DNA of 64,000 nt, from contig NOWV01000271.1 in the NCBI GenBank assembly GCA_003344405.1, forward strand, positions 1 to 64,000, read 5' to 3'. The notes below the pieces were generated by a model. It was not told where the DNA came from and did not search any database. It worked only from the letters and a program-made list of their open reading frames with translations. Shown one piece after another: positions 13,836 through 27,204 of the stretch. The stretch's first letter is position 1; every line of letters begins with the position of its first letter. This stretch comes from Trichoplax sp. H2. Lineage: Eukaryota. A program made the translations under genes and the position numbers.

Positions 13836-15712
13836 TTAGATCCTTTCATCATTCCTGTTATAAGTATTTAAAATCGTGATATTTGGAGCAGTTTTTAAAT
13901 GGAAATTAAGCCATACCATGGATTAAATGATGCATATGAGTTCGAACTTGCGAAGGTAACCATATGACATATGGTAACTTAACGGCGGCTATGACATTTT
14001 AAACGTTAATATAGATTAAAAAGAGTTTAATGTGTTTATATATCCTGGTTTCAGTAGATGCTTCGAAAATCAAGAAGTTAATGGTTCAAATTTGTTGCTT
14101 TCATCATTGTTACTACCTTCAATACAAACTTAAGATAGTAGGTTCAGCAAAATATTGATTTTAACTGACGTGATATTATTTAGGTAATAGAACAAAAAGT
14201 AGTTTTTGCGTAATAAACTGATGAGAAAGTTATTAAACATGTTTATAGTCTAGGTTAAATTATTTCAATAATATTAATTTGCGATGCAACGTTTGTAGAT
14301 TTTCCTATACGGAATTTACGGGAAAGTTTTATTTTAGTATGTTAGTCTTTTTAATAAATTTTAAGCTATTAATCACCTTCTCTAATTAACTTGTTCCTAT
14401 ATACTACTTGATAATCTTTTAGCAATACCTCAAGCTAAGATGTAATGATATACAAAAAATCAAAATCATTTAGCTATAACAAATAAAGTTTCCTCGTTAA
14501 TTATATTAATTGCTCAANNNNNNNNNNNNNNNNNNNNTTTAGATCCTTTCATCATTCCTGTTATAAGTATTTAAAATCGTGATATTTGGAGCAGTTTTTA
14601 AATGGAAATTAAGCCATACCATGGATTAAATGATGCATATGAGTTCGAACTTGCGAAGGTAACCATATGACATATGGTAACTTAACGGCGGCTATGACAT
14701 TTTAAACGACAAATGGTAATACTATCTGTTAAATGAGCACATTATCGTAAACCGTCAGCAAAGCGACGGGAGTTTGCACTAGTATAGATTAAAAAGAGTT
14801 TAATGTTGTAGTGCAGCCCAAATATAGCTTAAGATTATATACAGTATGTGTGAATATCGTGCATGACGTAATTACTAGGCTAATTAAGATAGATACCCTT
14901 GTATAGGTGCTAGATCGTAGAGTGAGATTAAATATGTGAGGATTTGTATTAGTAATTGCAATACGGATTGTAAAAGTTATTAGTCATACTGCTTGGCACC
15001 TCCAGGTACGCTAGAGGTGTGATGTTAGCCTTATTAAGGTAGATAATGATTTATGTGCCACGTAGATACTCTGTACACAATTGTATATAAGCAGGAGATT
15101 TTATCGCCGAAGACAGAGTAGCCATAGATAATCTAGTCCTTGGTAGAAGACGTAATTATTGTAATAAAGTGATTTTTTTTCAAGTTGTGGAAGTCGTTGC
15201 GTTTCGATAGACACTTTATTACAAATGTGTTTATATATCCTGGTTTCAGTAGATGCTTCGAAAATCAAGAAGTTAATGGTTCAAATCTGTTGCTTTAATC
15301 GTTGTTACTACCTTCAATACAAACTTAAGATAGTAGGTTCAGCAAAATATTGATTTTAACTGACGTGATATTATTTAGGTAATAGAACAAAAAGTAGTTT
15401 TTGCGTAATAAACTGATGAGAAAGTTATTAAACATGTTTATAGTCTAGGTTAAATTATTTCAATAATATTAATTTGCGATGCAACGTTTGTAGATTTTCC
15501 TATACGGAATTTACGGGAAAGTTTTATTTTAGTATGTTAGTCTTTTTAATAAATTTTAAGCTATTAATCACCTTCTCTAATTAACTTGTTCCTATATACT
15601 ACTTGATAATCTTTTAGCAATACCTCAAGCTAAGATGTAATGACATACAAAAAATCAAAATCATTTAGCTATAACAAATAAAGTTTCCTCGTTAATTATA
15701 TTAATTGCTCAA
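13836..15712. repeat. Near-identical duplicate across the N gap (13836-14516 vs 14538-15712), probably two haplotypes
   Basis: Sequence after the gap at 14518-14537 restarts at tttagatcctttcatc. It differs by a few SNPs, a ~70 bp indel and a 417-bp insertion. Confidence 0.85.
14807..15223. mobile_element. Solo-LTR-like element, family C (417 bp)
   Basis: TGTAGT...ATTACA ends with a perfect AATGT duplication. The other copy of the duplicated segment has an empty site (single AATGT) near 14029. Confidence 0.85.
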
Positions 15713-15779
15713 AGACACCTGCTAAAGAAATATCTTCGTCAAAATAGTACCTTGTATCGCTATTAGAAATATTTTAGGT

Positions 15780-16086
15780 CTTGTGCGATCCTACTTAGTG
15801 GGCCGCTTCGGTCTAGTAGAATTGAATATGAAATCATGCAGTATTTATTTTGAAATCAATGACAATATCAGTAACATTTTACTGTAGCCCAATCAGGTTG
15901 TCCTCCTCGATGATATCTCGAAGTTAGGTTATATGTTTGAAATGAGCCTAATAACAAGTGCTTGAAAATGGATTATGTATTGCTTTCAATATTGCGCTCC
16001 GCCTGTAATGATAATTATGAAGCTATATTAATTTGCCGAATAATTGAAGTTGATATTAGGCCTCAGATAAAAAAATAATACTGGAT
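15780..16086 (-). pseudogene. Possible decayed exon 2 of the insulin-like family
   Basis: After an aacag| acceptor: SSIIFLSEA* (cf. NSKVFISLAN), YRRSA..NPFSSTCY (cf. KR...YPVYTSCC) and NVTDIVIDF (cf. NVIDIMVGC), with several stops. Confidence 0.3.
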
Positions 16087-17811
16087 CTGTTATTTCATTT
16101 TAATTGAATTTAATAATATATCTTGAATTCTTTTAAATGTAATATTACAACCGGCAAAGGGTAAGTCTTTGATATTTTATTCAATTTCTATACAACCATA
16201 TGGTTATCCTTTAAATTTGCTCTTTTATTGCCTAAACGAAAAATGTCTCTAAAATAACTACACTAAGTAAGGTTCAATCTTTGACCAGATTATTGATAGA
16301 TATTGGCAAAATGTTTGGATGCCTTACGAACTTCTCCTTCCTATTTAGAATAATGTGCATTATGATGGTTAAATCATATTTATAGAACATCCTTTCTGAA
16401 TCTAATGAGATCTTTTACTTCTACGGTTGATAGCAATCGAACAACTGGCACATTTTGGCGTAAATTATAACGAAACTATTCTACATCATTTCTTCCCCTA
16501 TCTTTTTTAGGGAAAGGAAATTTGAGAGTATTCCTTGATCAAGCCATGTTGAAATCATAGAGCATTTTCTGGAGTTAGTATTTTATTTAATTATATACCA
16601 ATCACAATATTTGAACCATCATAAACATGCGTAATTCCATTACTAGATAAAAGATGATTACCTTCTCTAAGAAAGAGAGTCTAAGTACAATTGTATTAGT
16701 CATAGAGTAAAGTAGTTGGTGAGATGGTCAAATTGACGGAAAGTCCTACTCTTGAACATAACTAACTTTTTAGATGTAATTTTTGATTCTGATACAATTC
16801 TGATTGATTACCTTGACTGAAACATTTGCGATCACATATTACCTTATTTTAAGCCTGCCAAATTACAATTACTGATACATCTCAATGTTTAGTACAACAA
16901 CATAAATTTGAATGTATCAGGGCTTAATGCAATAATAATGATATCAGCAATTTTTTTAAACAAATAAACAATTTGTTCCTAAATAATTAACACCGCAAAT
17001 ACAGATGTTTTTAAAATATCTCACTAGTTATTGACTTTTGATGATTATCTGCTATTCGATATAACAAAAAATATTATTATATTAGCCCAGTAGATGGGTA
17101 GCACATAGATAAAAATCATATACGCACCCATATGATGTGTATACTCGTATATCTCATCTTTGGATCACAATTCGCCCTTTCCACTTAGCACTCGAACACC
17201 TAATAAAAGTATCTATTAAAATAATGATTACGGAATAAGGTACGATACATAGGTACGAAAATTTATTCAATTTTCTTATTATTTTTACGGTAAATGACAA
17301 TATCAACTTAAATACTTGTAATTGATTCATTGTGATGTTAAAATGAAGGATTACCGGTGCATCATTTTATTCTTTCATTCAATAACTTAGATTAAATTAT
17401 TCTAGCTTTTGTAGCATAATATCAATAGGTTTTCTAATACAGCTTATTAATCATGCACTTTCAATGTGTGCTGTAATAATAATAAAGTCGAATAATATCC
17501 GGTACTAGACTAGATCCATTTTCCGAAATCTGATGTCACAGTGATAGCTCATATCTTAACTCTCGTAAAACTAAGGCAGCGCCAAAATAGGAATTTCCAT
17601 TCAGTATTGGATTTGTCCTAAAATAAGTCTACAGTACCTAAATGAAGTCTATAAAATAAATTATTAGCAACGTTATTATAAATTTTTTAGCTTGTTAGAT
17701 TAGAACACTATATGTAGAATTTTATAATATTATATTTTAATCTTAGTTAATTAAGCAACTAGTTTTTGTCAAACTAGTGACGACTAATAGTTTAAGTGAA
17801 TTATTAATCCT

Positions 17812-18442
17812 TGTCACAAAAAAGTTTTGCAACAAGATAACTTAATATACGATCAATAAGTCAATTCCTTGAACCACGTATCAAGGAACGATATCTGCAC
17901 TATCACAAACACTTTTGCTCTACTAGCAGACTACGCAAAGACTTAGACGCATCGTATTTTGCGTTAAACACTAAGTTTGAGAATTCACTTTATTTCACGA
18001 TATACTGCATTTATATACTATTCCTTAATAGTTCATGAGTCATAGTTAATACAATTAACATTGGAATCATTTACTGAATTAGATATTACTTATAGCTACT
18101 GCTCCCTTAATGCAGACAACTGTATTAACGAACATAGACATGTAATGACTAATACAGAATAGTCAGATTACGATATGTCCTATCACGGAACATATTTATG
18201 ATAATTTACAGTCTACCATAAGTAAATTACAATCACAATGATTCGAACTGTAAGTAGATGATTTGCATTCCCAATTATAACTATTAATTTCAGCATGTGT
18301 ATAAGTGTCACTGTCATAAAAAGTCAATGCTATATTAAAACACAGTATATCCAAATTAGAAGTTAACTAAATAAGGATAGTCTAACATGAATTATCCTAG
18401 CATAGATATTTCTACTCTAATACAGTATATAATACTGTAACA
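17812..18442. mobile_element. Solo-LTR-like element, family B (~630 bp)
   Basis: TGTCAC...GTAACA ends with a perfect ATCCT duplication. Reverse-complement copies at 34128-34760 and 41381-42008. Confidence 0.85.
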
Positions 18443-21400
18443 ATCCTTTACAGGATTATAGCGCTTTTTCTTACTGTCAAATATGGGATTTACAAATAGT
18501 ACATAACTAATCGCTTTAATGTTATAATGAATTCGCTTTTCAAAAGTGAAAATAACCAAAATAGAGCCTATAAATGATGTACCCCGTTAAATATTAGAAA
18601 TGCTTATAGCTGTACGTGAAGAATCATCTTTGTCCGAAAACAGCTTTTACATTTTAGAAGTGTGACAGCTGATTACTGGTCATATGATAAGAATAATTCA
18701 AAATTTTCGCTAAAATTTTGATGATATAAGTGTACTTACCATCACTAAATAGAATTTAGTCAATTGCTGCTGGATTTTAATTAATAGTAATTAGTGTGTA
18801 TTACTATTAACATGCTAATCTTGCAATATTGTGCTTTATAATACCATCGGTATTGACGGAAGTTGTAAGTCGAATTACCGTATTTTTTATTGGTAGTAGC
18901 TCACTGGTGCATGTCAAGTAGCTATGTGTAGCCGAAAGTAACAAAATATCGTTTATCCTGAAGCTTTTCTTCCGATCAAACCGTAATAATTGAAGTAAGT
19001 ACGCGTACTTTACGGTTGTATTATCATTGCAGTGCAAAATATCAGAAGATTCAGAGGCATATTCATGTGAGCCCGGGTATACTAGTTTTATTGATCAGAT
19101 TATTATCGCTCTCTATCACACTATACAATTATTTGACGAGGAAATAAGTTGCTGTTATCGCTAACGTCAATATTTTTGTAATATCTCGGATTGATAAATA
19201 TTTTTGATATGATTGTCGTGGGGATAAATTAATAATTCGGAATATACGTACGTCTCTGCTGCTAATAGAATACAAGCTGTAAGTGAATAATAAAGTACTG
19301 GTATTGAGTAGTTTCAACACGTAAACCAAGCGAATCTTGTAGTTGTTGGGTTTACTTGCTTCCTTTAGTAAATATACGCGTTTATTTAACTGAAAAATTG
19401 TAAATAGTAGTAGAATCAATGCAGGAATGCAGGCTATTTTGATCTCGATTACGTCTCCATTTATTTCTGAATAAGAACATTTAGCATGAAAGATGGCACC
19501 AGCATCTGCCGTTTTTACGAATTTCTTACGGTGTAGGGTTCCATAGTGATATATGAAGCACAATATACACCAGGACCAGACAAAAAATGAGAACCTGGTA
19601 TTTATCTTGAATCAAGAGAGCTAACAGTCAAATCATAGCAAAAAATATAAACTAAATAGCAATATAGAAGCATATGTATCTAATAAAACAGATTAGAATA
19701 CTGTATCAAAAGCATCGTGAAATTACTGCAACTGCTTGCATTCGGATCCATACTTGTGTGAAGAAACTTTCACTAACTAATGCTTATCTTCTTTTCGCCA
19801 GATAATATAATTTGGTATTTGTTAAAAATACCGTTATCAATGACATTACATATTCTTTTATAGATAAACGGATAGTTTTATAACATTGTCTTAGTACTGA
19901 TAACTAATGATTACGTAAATTGACTATAAACTGACTGGCTTTTCAATAAAGTTTGGATTCAGTTTTATTTAAAGAGTGAATAGTGATTACCATTCCTCCT
20001 GATGATAGGAAATCGTTAGTATACAGAGTCGTACCATAAGTAAATGCCAGGGAGGATAAACCTGACAGTAGGCTCATAGTCTTAGTTTTTTTGAGTAGTT
20101 TAACTTTTCCTTGCTACAAATTTAGATTTGTAACGATAATATAGGAAGAACATTACTGAAAAGTGTATACAGTACAATTTAACATCTTTCTATAAGAAAT
20201 AGTTTCGCATTCGGAGTGGAAAAAGCGATTTACCGTATTAAAACTTGCCAAATCAACGATAATCAGTAATATCTGTCGCAACAATTTTACAGAAACAAAG
20301 TTTAGTCACGTAAATTACATTCTTTAAATGAATTTTATACACCTTATGTATCAGCATGGTATGTATAAATACTATGCTAATCTCTTTAAATAGCGTAAAT
20401 TGTCAGTTATTAACGATAGAATTTAGCAGCTTTTATTTGAATAAATTTTACAACTCAAATTTTATAAAATTCGTAAGCAAAAGCTAATTACCCTTTCGCT
20501 TGAGGTTATACCGTTATAGCTACTGCATGCAGATAAGCAATGAAGCCTCATATCACAGTAAAAATCAAAATCAAAATTGATCTTCACAAATTGTTCTCTC
20601 TTCTTAACTCTGATTATGAGAATTACTGATGTACGAAACAAAATAAAGAATGATTGCGATTGCAATAAAATAGTATTTGATACGTATTATAGTCATAGAG
20701 TGTTGATATTTGTGCAGGCTTGAGGCAAAAATTACTCAGTCTAGCTTTTAGCAAAAATTTAAAGGTTTCAGTATCAAGCAGATTGTTTTACCATATGTAA
20801 TCAAATTTTTGATCTCTACATCGACCAAATTCCGGCCGTAAATCTAAGTGAATGACAAATAGCTATAAAAACGAGGATTACAGTTGAAGTCAGATAGATA
20901 ATCACAATGGCTACAACAATTATATTGGTAATTTAAATAAGGAAGCTTAAAATAGAGAAAAGCTATTTATAGCTCACATTTTACTCCAGTGAAATTTACG
21001 CAATTGAACTAATACATCAATTATTTCTCCTATTGGAATAAATACTGCCATCAATGTACTCCATCGGTGATCATGGCTGTGCAAAGCGTTATTGTGCTGT
21101 ACGTTAATTACCACTTCGGTCTTTATGTTTTATACATGATAACGATTTTATTAAGCGCAATCAATAATTTATGACTTTGTTTTCTTTTTATTCTACCAAT
21201 GAAATAAACTACAGTAGCCTTTAATAACTAATTATGGAGCGATTGCAATTATTCAGAATTTAATCTAATTCATTCTTATCTTTAAGACTTATAATCCTAA
21301 AAGAGCCGATGTTCTCCTCTATATAAGTTTAGATTTGGATATTTCTTCGTTAATGTAACAGTATTAAAATGCTATCATGGTTTGTATTCGTAAGCTGATG

Positions 21401-23405
21401 AAAAATTGCTATTAATAGATTGTTGTACAGACTCAAACAATAGCTGAAATTCATGTCTTGATTAAAACTGGTGTGCCACAATTAATTTACATTTTACTCG
21501 TATGTTACTTCTACTGGAATACATCTCAAAAATATTAGACGATAGAATTTAAGGCTTGCGTATTGAAGCTAGTTAATACATAAAATTTTAACAAAAGTAA
21601 TACTCTTTGTAATATCGATTCTGTTAGCGACATTATCGACACTTATAATTTTAGGTTGGGAAAGTTATAAATTTACTGTTATGACTGCAACTTTACTTTA
21701 TTAAATGTCAGCGGGAAATAGAGTAACTCGATAATAATGATATGATATCATGTTTAGTAAGCTTATTTTAGTTCCATAACTGCTCTAGACACAAGCTATT
21801 AATCGATTTTTTGGTATCTTGCCATAGAAATTAAGTGATTTGAAAAACCTACATACCTAATTACGTACAATATCAATCAGCTAATTGTCGGCATACTTTT
21901 GTACATATTTCAAGCTCTGATGATAACGGAGCGAAAACCATTTAACAGTCATGTTCTGGTAGCTACCGCAAACATTAGTTACATACCATAGCTACGGGCT
22001 CTTGTGATGAACAGAGCACGCAATAGCTATAATTTATATGATCAATATAACCGTAATCGATAACGCTAAATATTGCTATACTATTTTCTTGAATACTAAA
22101 AGTAAAGGAATAATACCATAGTAGTAAATGCTTATAATTACATTCTTCTTATTTTGTAACTACAAGTACTATGAAGCAATATTCGTAAATTATAGATCTA
22201 TTATATCTTTTATTTGCAAGCAAATTTCTTTCCTGAGAAAGGAATGACGTGGTCTGTAATTAATTTAAGAGTAATACACGGAAAATTTTAGTAAACAAAA
22301 TGCATAATTTATGTCAGTACTACAGATCACTTCATTTGTATACTCGTATTTAAGATGCAAAATATATTAAACAATACCCGATTACATTGACAACCATGGC
22401 CGTGGCAACTAGAATTTACTGAGTAATTGCTGACCTTACTTAGGAAAGCTGGTATCATTAAAAATCTTTTCATTTAATGTTTGTAGTTGATTAGAGGCAA
22501 AAATGATCATTAAATCTTACTATCGTATATAACTTTATAGTCTTAAGAACGACTTAAAGGTGATATGATTTTGGCCATTAAATTTGATCTTATTCTGTAT
22601 TTCGAACACTAAAAGCGCAATACCGAAATCAGAATATAACAGATTCAGTATGAAATTTTTATCGTATTTAAAAGCTAGAATTTTTCAGACTATGAGTTGC
22701 GAAAGTACTTAGTAGCGAAGTCAAAGCATTGAATAGATAGAATTTCTTTATTTATAATAGTCAATTCTTTTGAGACAAACGTAAGAATATTACGACTAAT
22801 GAATATGGAAATAAGCAATTATAATTGGACACAACCTTTCTGGTAACATTATTCTTAATTACATGATATTTTGGTTCCAGATACAATTCTATATAAGAGA
22901 ATAGTATTTATTCTAGATCCATAGGCCTACCAAAGCTTTAAATTCTTTGTAAATGCTTGACGTACGTAGCACTTTAAAGAAATTTGAGATCTTAATACTG
23001 TAATATAACTGCAATTATATTGATATACTATAGTAATGTTATGAACAAGTCACTATTTTATACATCTAGTGGTGGTCATAAATTTTACCCAAACACAACA
23101 TCTAGAAATGTGACTACCATATAACGTTTAAACACAATATTTTAAATAAGTAGTCCGCGATTCGTAAAGAGATAAACGATTTAATAATCGTTACTAATCG
23201 ATATACGTATACGTCACTGGATCATTATAGATACCAAAGATGAGAAAATAATTGCCATTAGAGCCTTAAACGAGTATATGAATAAATTGTAAAATTCTTA
23301 GGATACGTGATCTCAAAATTACGTTTGTGCATGCAATAATAATAGAAATGAAATCGATTTTAGTTTAGCTTTTATATAGATTATCAGTCGCAAACAGGAT
23401 AAATT

Positions 23406-24057
23406 TTATTTCAAGCTATTCATTTCTTTAGTCATTTCGCAGGCACCTGTACTGGTAAACTCAAAATTAACTTCATCATTGCAGCCAACCATAATATCTA
23501 TAACGTTACATTCCGTATGGGTTTCGTTTCTACCAGAGTCGCAGCATGATGTGTAAACAGGATAAAACTCACTGGATAGTTGGCGTTTTGATTCAGTGTG
23601 TTGTAAGAATTGGTTAGATTCTTTTCTAGACACCGTAAGCTCCTCAGGCACGCCTACAAATAATTGAATATAAAATTGGAGTAGTGTAAAATAGTTATCT
23701 AAGTTAGAAGTTTGGTGTCCTATTTACTATGAGATAGTTACGAAAGTTAGAGTTATATATTATTCCAAGCCTAAAATTGAAATAAAAGTACCGACTGGTA
23801 TAAGCCATACCTGCGACACTTCTCTTTTCATCTTCGGGTTTAATATGAAGCGGATTTTCCGCTTTACAGATATAATTGTACTTTAACTGATACTTTGTAA
23901 AGCCAGTTAACTTGCATAGATTCCATGACTGTGAAACAAATGTGCGAACTTCTTGGCAATTTAAAGTATCATATTCTATAACTTCTATCTCCAAGCATGA
24001 AATTAGAGAATAGGTCGTTAGCCAATAGAGAACTTTAAATAATTTTATTTTCAGCAT
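23406..24057 (-). CDS. Insulin/relaxin-like preprohormone, copy B (164 aa, 2 coding exons)
   Basis: Exon 1 is 24057-23811 (MLKIKLFKVLYWLTTYSLISC signal; CQEVRTFVSQSWNLCKLTGFTKYQLKYNYIC = C-x13-C-x15-C; DEKR; GCAG|gtatgg, phase 1). Exon 2 is 23653-23406 (ttgtag|GC; ESKR; YTSCCDSGRNETHTECNVIDIMVGCNDEVNFEFTSTGAC = CC-x10-C-x8-C-x13-C). Two KR sites bracket a C-peptide. Confidence 0.85.
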
Positions 24058-24479
24058 GATAAAATTGTAGAACAAAATAACGATTAAATGGATTGCTGTG
24101 GAATGATTACATCGTGTCATAGTGCCTATTTATCTAATAACGGAATAATAGGTTTCATTGTCCTTCACTTTATGTAATATGCAAATAACTTCTGCAGAGT
24201 TGAATTTTAAAAAAAATTATATTTTAATCGATTGATAAATTTTTATTCAAGTTTCTGTATTACATGCTCTTGATATAAGTGGGATATTACGTTTACCGAA
24301 TTCATTTACAAAAGTAAATTAGCGATAATCAATCAATAATTTAAAGATTCTCAATATTCCAGTAAAGTATTCACGATAAATGTCTTTCAGTAAAACACTT
24401 ATGATATTATTTATCGTAGATTACCAATCAGTTTTTAAATAGGCATACTACATGAAGTGTTCATCAAATAGAAGCTTCT

Positions 24480-26150
24480 ACTATTATGATTCTTCATAAA
24501 TACTTCACATCGAGCTTTCTTTCATATTCGATTTTGCCCCTTTCTTCCGCTCTCCTTCGTGACCTTTCATTTCGAATAAATGATTTTCATTTATTGCTTA
24601 TACATCGATGTTTGTGCCTTTTATCATTTATTATAGATACTATTCTTATTACTAACTTATTAAAAATTTAATACAGGTCCACGTAGTACGCTAAAGTAAG
24701 ACAGGTAATGGTTAGTTTATTAGCTGGCAATTCCAGTTTTAAGCAAGAAGTACTTTTCTCCGGGTTGATAAAAAGGCGAATTAAATATTAGGGCTACTGT
24801 CTCTTTCCTAATTTGTGTTTTAGGGAATGTTATCACTAGCTCCATCAACTAGCAATTGCTAAGCTTTCATCCGTTAGTAGTATCGACCTTAGACTATTAC
24901 TGTAGTATTATAAACTAATTTACTTATAATTAACTCCCATATTTCAACAGCAAGGGTATAAATGTTCGTTTCTATTTGTCAATAAAAGAGCACCAAGGTC
25001 CTGTTCTATTTGAGCTAGTTTGGTATTTTGAATAGTTTTTGTATTCAAATGGACAAGGAATGGAAAAATATTAATACATCTGGCATCATGATTGGTTCAT
25101 CTTTAGGGCTTATGAATAGATATAAAAAATATAATGTCAATTTTCTAAAAATTTATGGAATATTCCTGTAATCAAATGGTGTAGTACTGTTTCCATTTAT
25201 AACCCTCTATCATGTAGAAACGTCAAGAAAACTAAGGTGATTGATCCAAGTTAGAATTATAAATAAATTCTAAAAGCAAGTCAAGCTTGCATGTGCTATT
25301 CTATTGGACAAATTTCAAGTCCATTATGAATATCCGGACTACATATCGTTTATTAATATCCTGATAATAGAGTCAATAGTCTTTATTAGGCTGTAGCTAT
25401 TAATGTATTGACTTCAGGAAGTAAATCTTTATCTACGTTGTTTTAATCTAGGCTGTAGCGCTATAACTTTGCCGCTTTCTTTTGTGAAATTTGAATTGGT
25501 TTATTTTCATTAATGGAAATATATATTTTATCAATTAAGACTATCAAATTTATTCGAGTATTATATTTAGGCACGAAATAATTGAAAATTTTATTATCAC
25601 AATCAACGGTAAACAAATAATCTACCATGATTCTATTGTTAAATTGTTACCGTTTTTAAAGAAATAAAAATTATGTTCTTAATCGTCGTACTCTATTGAT
25701 TTTCATTTAATGCAATGTAATTAGATACGGCTGTAGAAGAATCTTAATATGCATTAGGTTTGACAATTTCCGCATCTGTGCTCAATCTCAGAAAATATGG
25801 GGATAAGAATTTGTAAGAGGGTTGATGATTCAGGCAAATATCGTAATTTTCCGATATCATAAATAGTTACGGTCATTAGCTAGGCGTACCTTTGGCAGAT
25901 AATTTTTGATTTTAATTGATGTATTAGATTATCAATCTACGAATTAAAACTTGAAAACTTACGTATTTTAGTGGCTTCATATGGGTTTTCCTGCTGTTAT
26001 TGCATTAGACCCACCGATTGATATCAATTCATTTCTGGAAATTAATTCAACAGTATTCGTATTTATTACAAGTCAATTTAAACGGGAGGGAGTTCTCCAT
26101 AAGTAAAGCTCGAATGAAGGAAATAAGTGATAAAGTAGATTTACACACGG
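24480..26150 (-). pseudogene. Probable decayed two-exon copy of the insulin-like family
   Basis: Exon-1-like piece ~26150-25963: hydrophobic STLSLISFIRALL, C-x15-C containing stops, then CNNSRKTHMKP (cf. CKAENPLHIKP) ending at a gtaagt donor. Exon-2-like piece ~24640-24480: KSFIRNERSRRRAEE..KIEYERK/ARCEV (cf. NSFLR..RE..EINYEKGKPYVCEI). Confidence 0.4.
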
Positions 26151-27204
26151 TATTATTTATATAAAATTGTGCGAATCGATCAGTTGCATACTAAATATAC
26201 AAGAATAATGGTATTTCTAACTTGATGCTTTTGCTAAAATTACTAATTGGTAGGTTAGCTAACTATGCTTATGGTTTATTGCAAAATGGTGAAATAATTT
26301 TAGTGATTTCGGCTTCTACGTGTTTCCTGAACCTAGCACAAAGTGAATTAAATTGTGATATCCTCTCCTCTGTAGTACTCAGTGGTGATCTCAAAGTTTA
26401 CGGTAAGCGACATAATAATCGATTTAATTTACATTATTAATATGACAAAACCACAAAAATAACTTACATGACAGCTCCAATAGCTGTCTTTGCTGAGGCA
26501 TTACGAGTAAATTAAATTAAATGATTCCGTGTTCTAGTTTTGTCTTAGAAATTTAAATTATTATTAATTGATACGTTTTTACATTTCCTGCAGGGAAACT
26601 TGTCTATTCAAAGTATTTCAATTTACTTGCATGAGTCAAGGTACATGTCAGTGATTTTTAGACGCATTTACAATTTGCAACCATAATCAAATAGTGAAAT
26701 CTTGACTTATCGCCTGGCAAATGCGAACAAGTGCAAATAATATGTCAGTGATACGAGCAATTGCATTGTACAGATTTTAGGCCCTTAGTAAATGCTTATA
26801 GAAAGAATACAACTAAAGATTTCAATAAAGGATCATGCATCAAAGAAACACTTTAATATTACTGATAGCAAAGCAATAATTCTGAATTTTATCAGTACAC
26901 TGCCCAGATCCATGATGTTTTGTAGTGATATTAATACTTAGCCTCTGGTATCAATACGTGGCGATAAGTTTGATCTAAGTTAGTTCTGGTATTAGCAACA
27001 GTCACTAATTTGATAATTAATTTAAGATAATTCGCATACTGTTGTAACCCTCACTTATGCCAAAGAGTTTTACAAAGAACTTTAGTGCGGGCACAATAAC
27101 TGGCGCTACTATCCTAGCTTTTCCAGTTTCTATGTAAGCGATATATGAGAATTTAATTTTTCATCTGTAATCCGCAGATAATTAAATAATTGCTACCTTT
27201 TTCG

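Noticed and set aside
18807..19563. Two minus-strand ORFs (76 and 144 aa) and a plus-strand EGF-like snippet (CKISEDSEAYSCEPGYTS)
   Set aside because: No recognisable domain, non-ATG starts, incomplete EGF Cys set and no consistent splice structure. Could be a decayed gene but I cannot support it.
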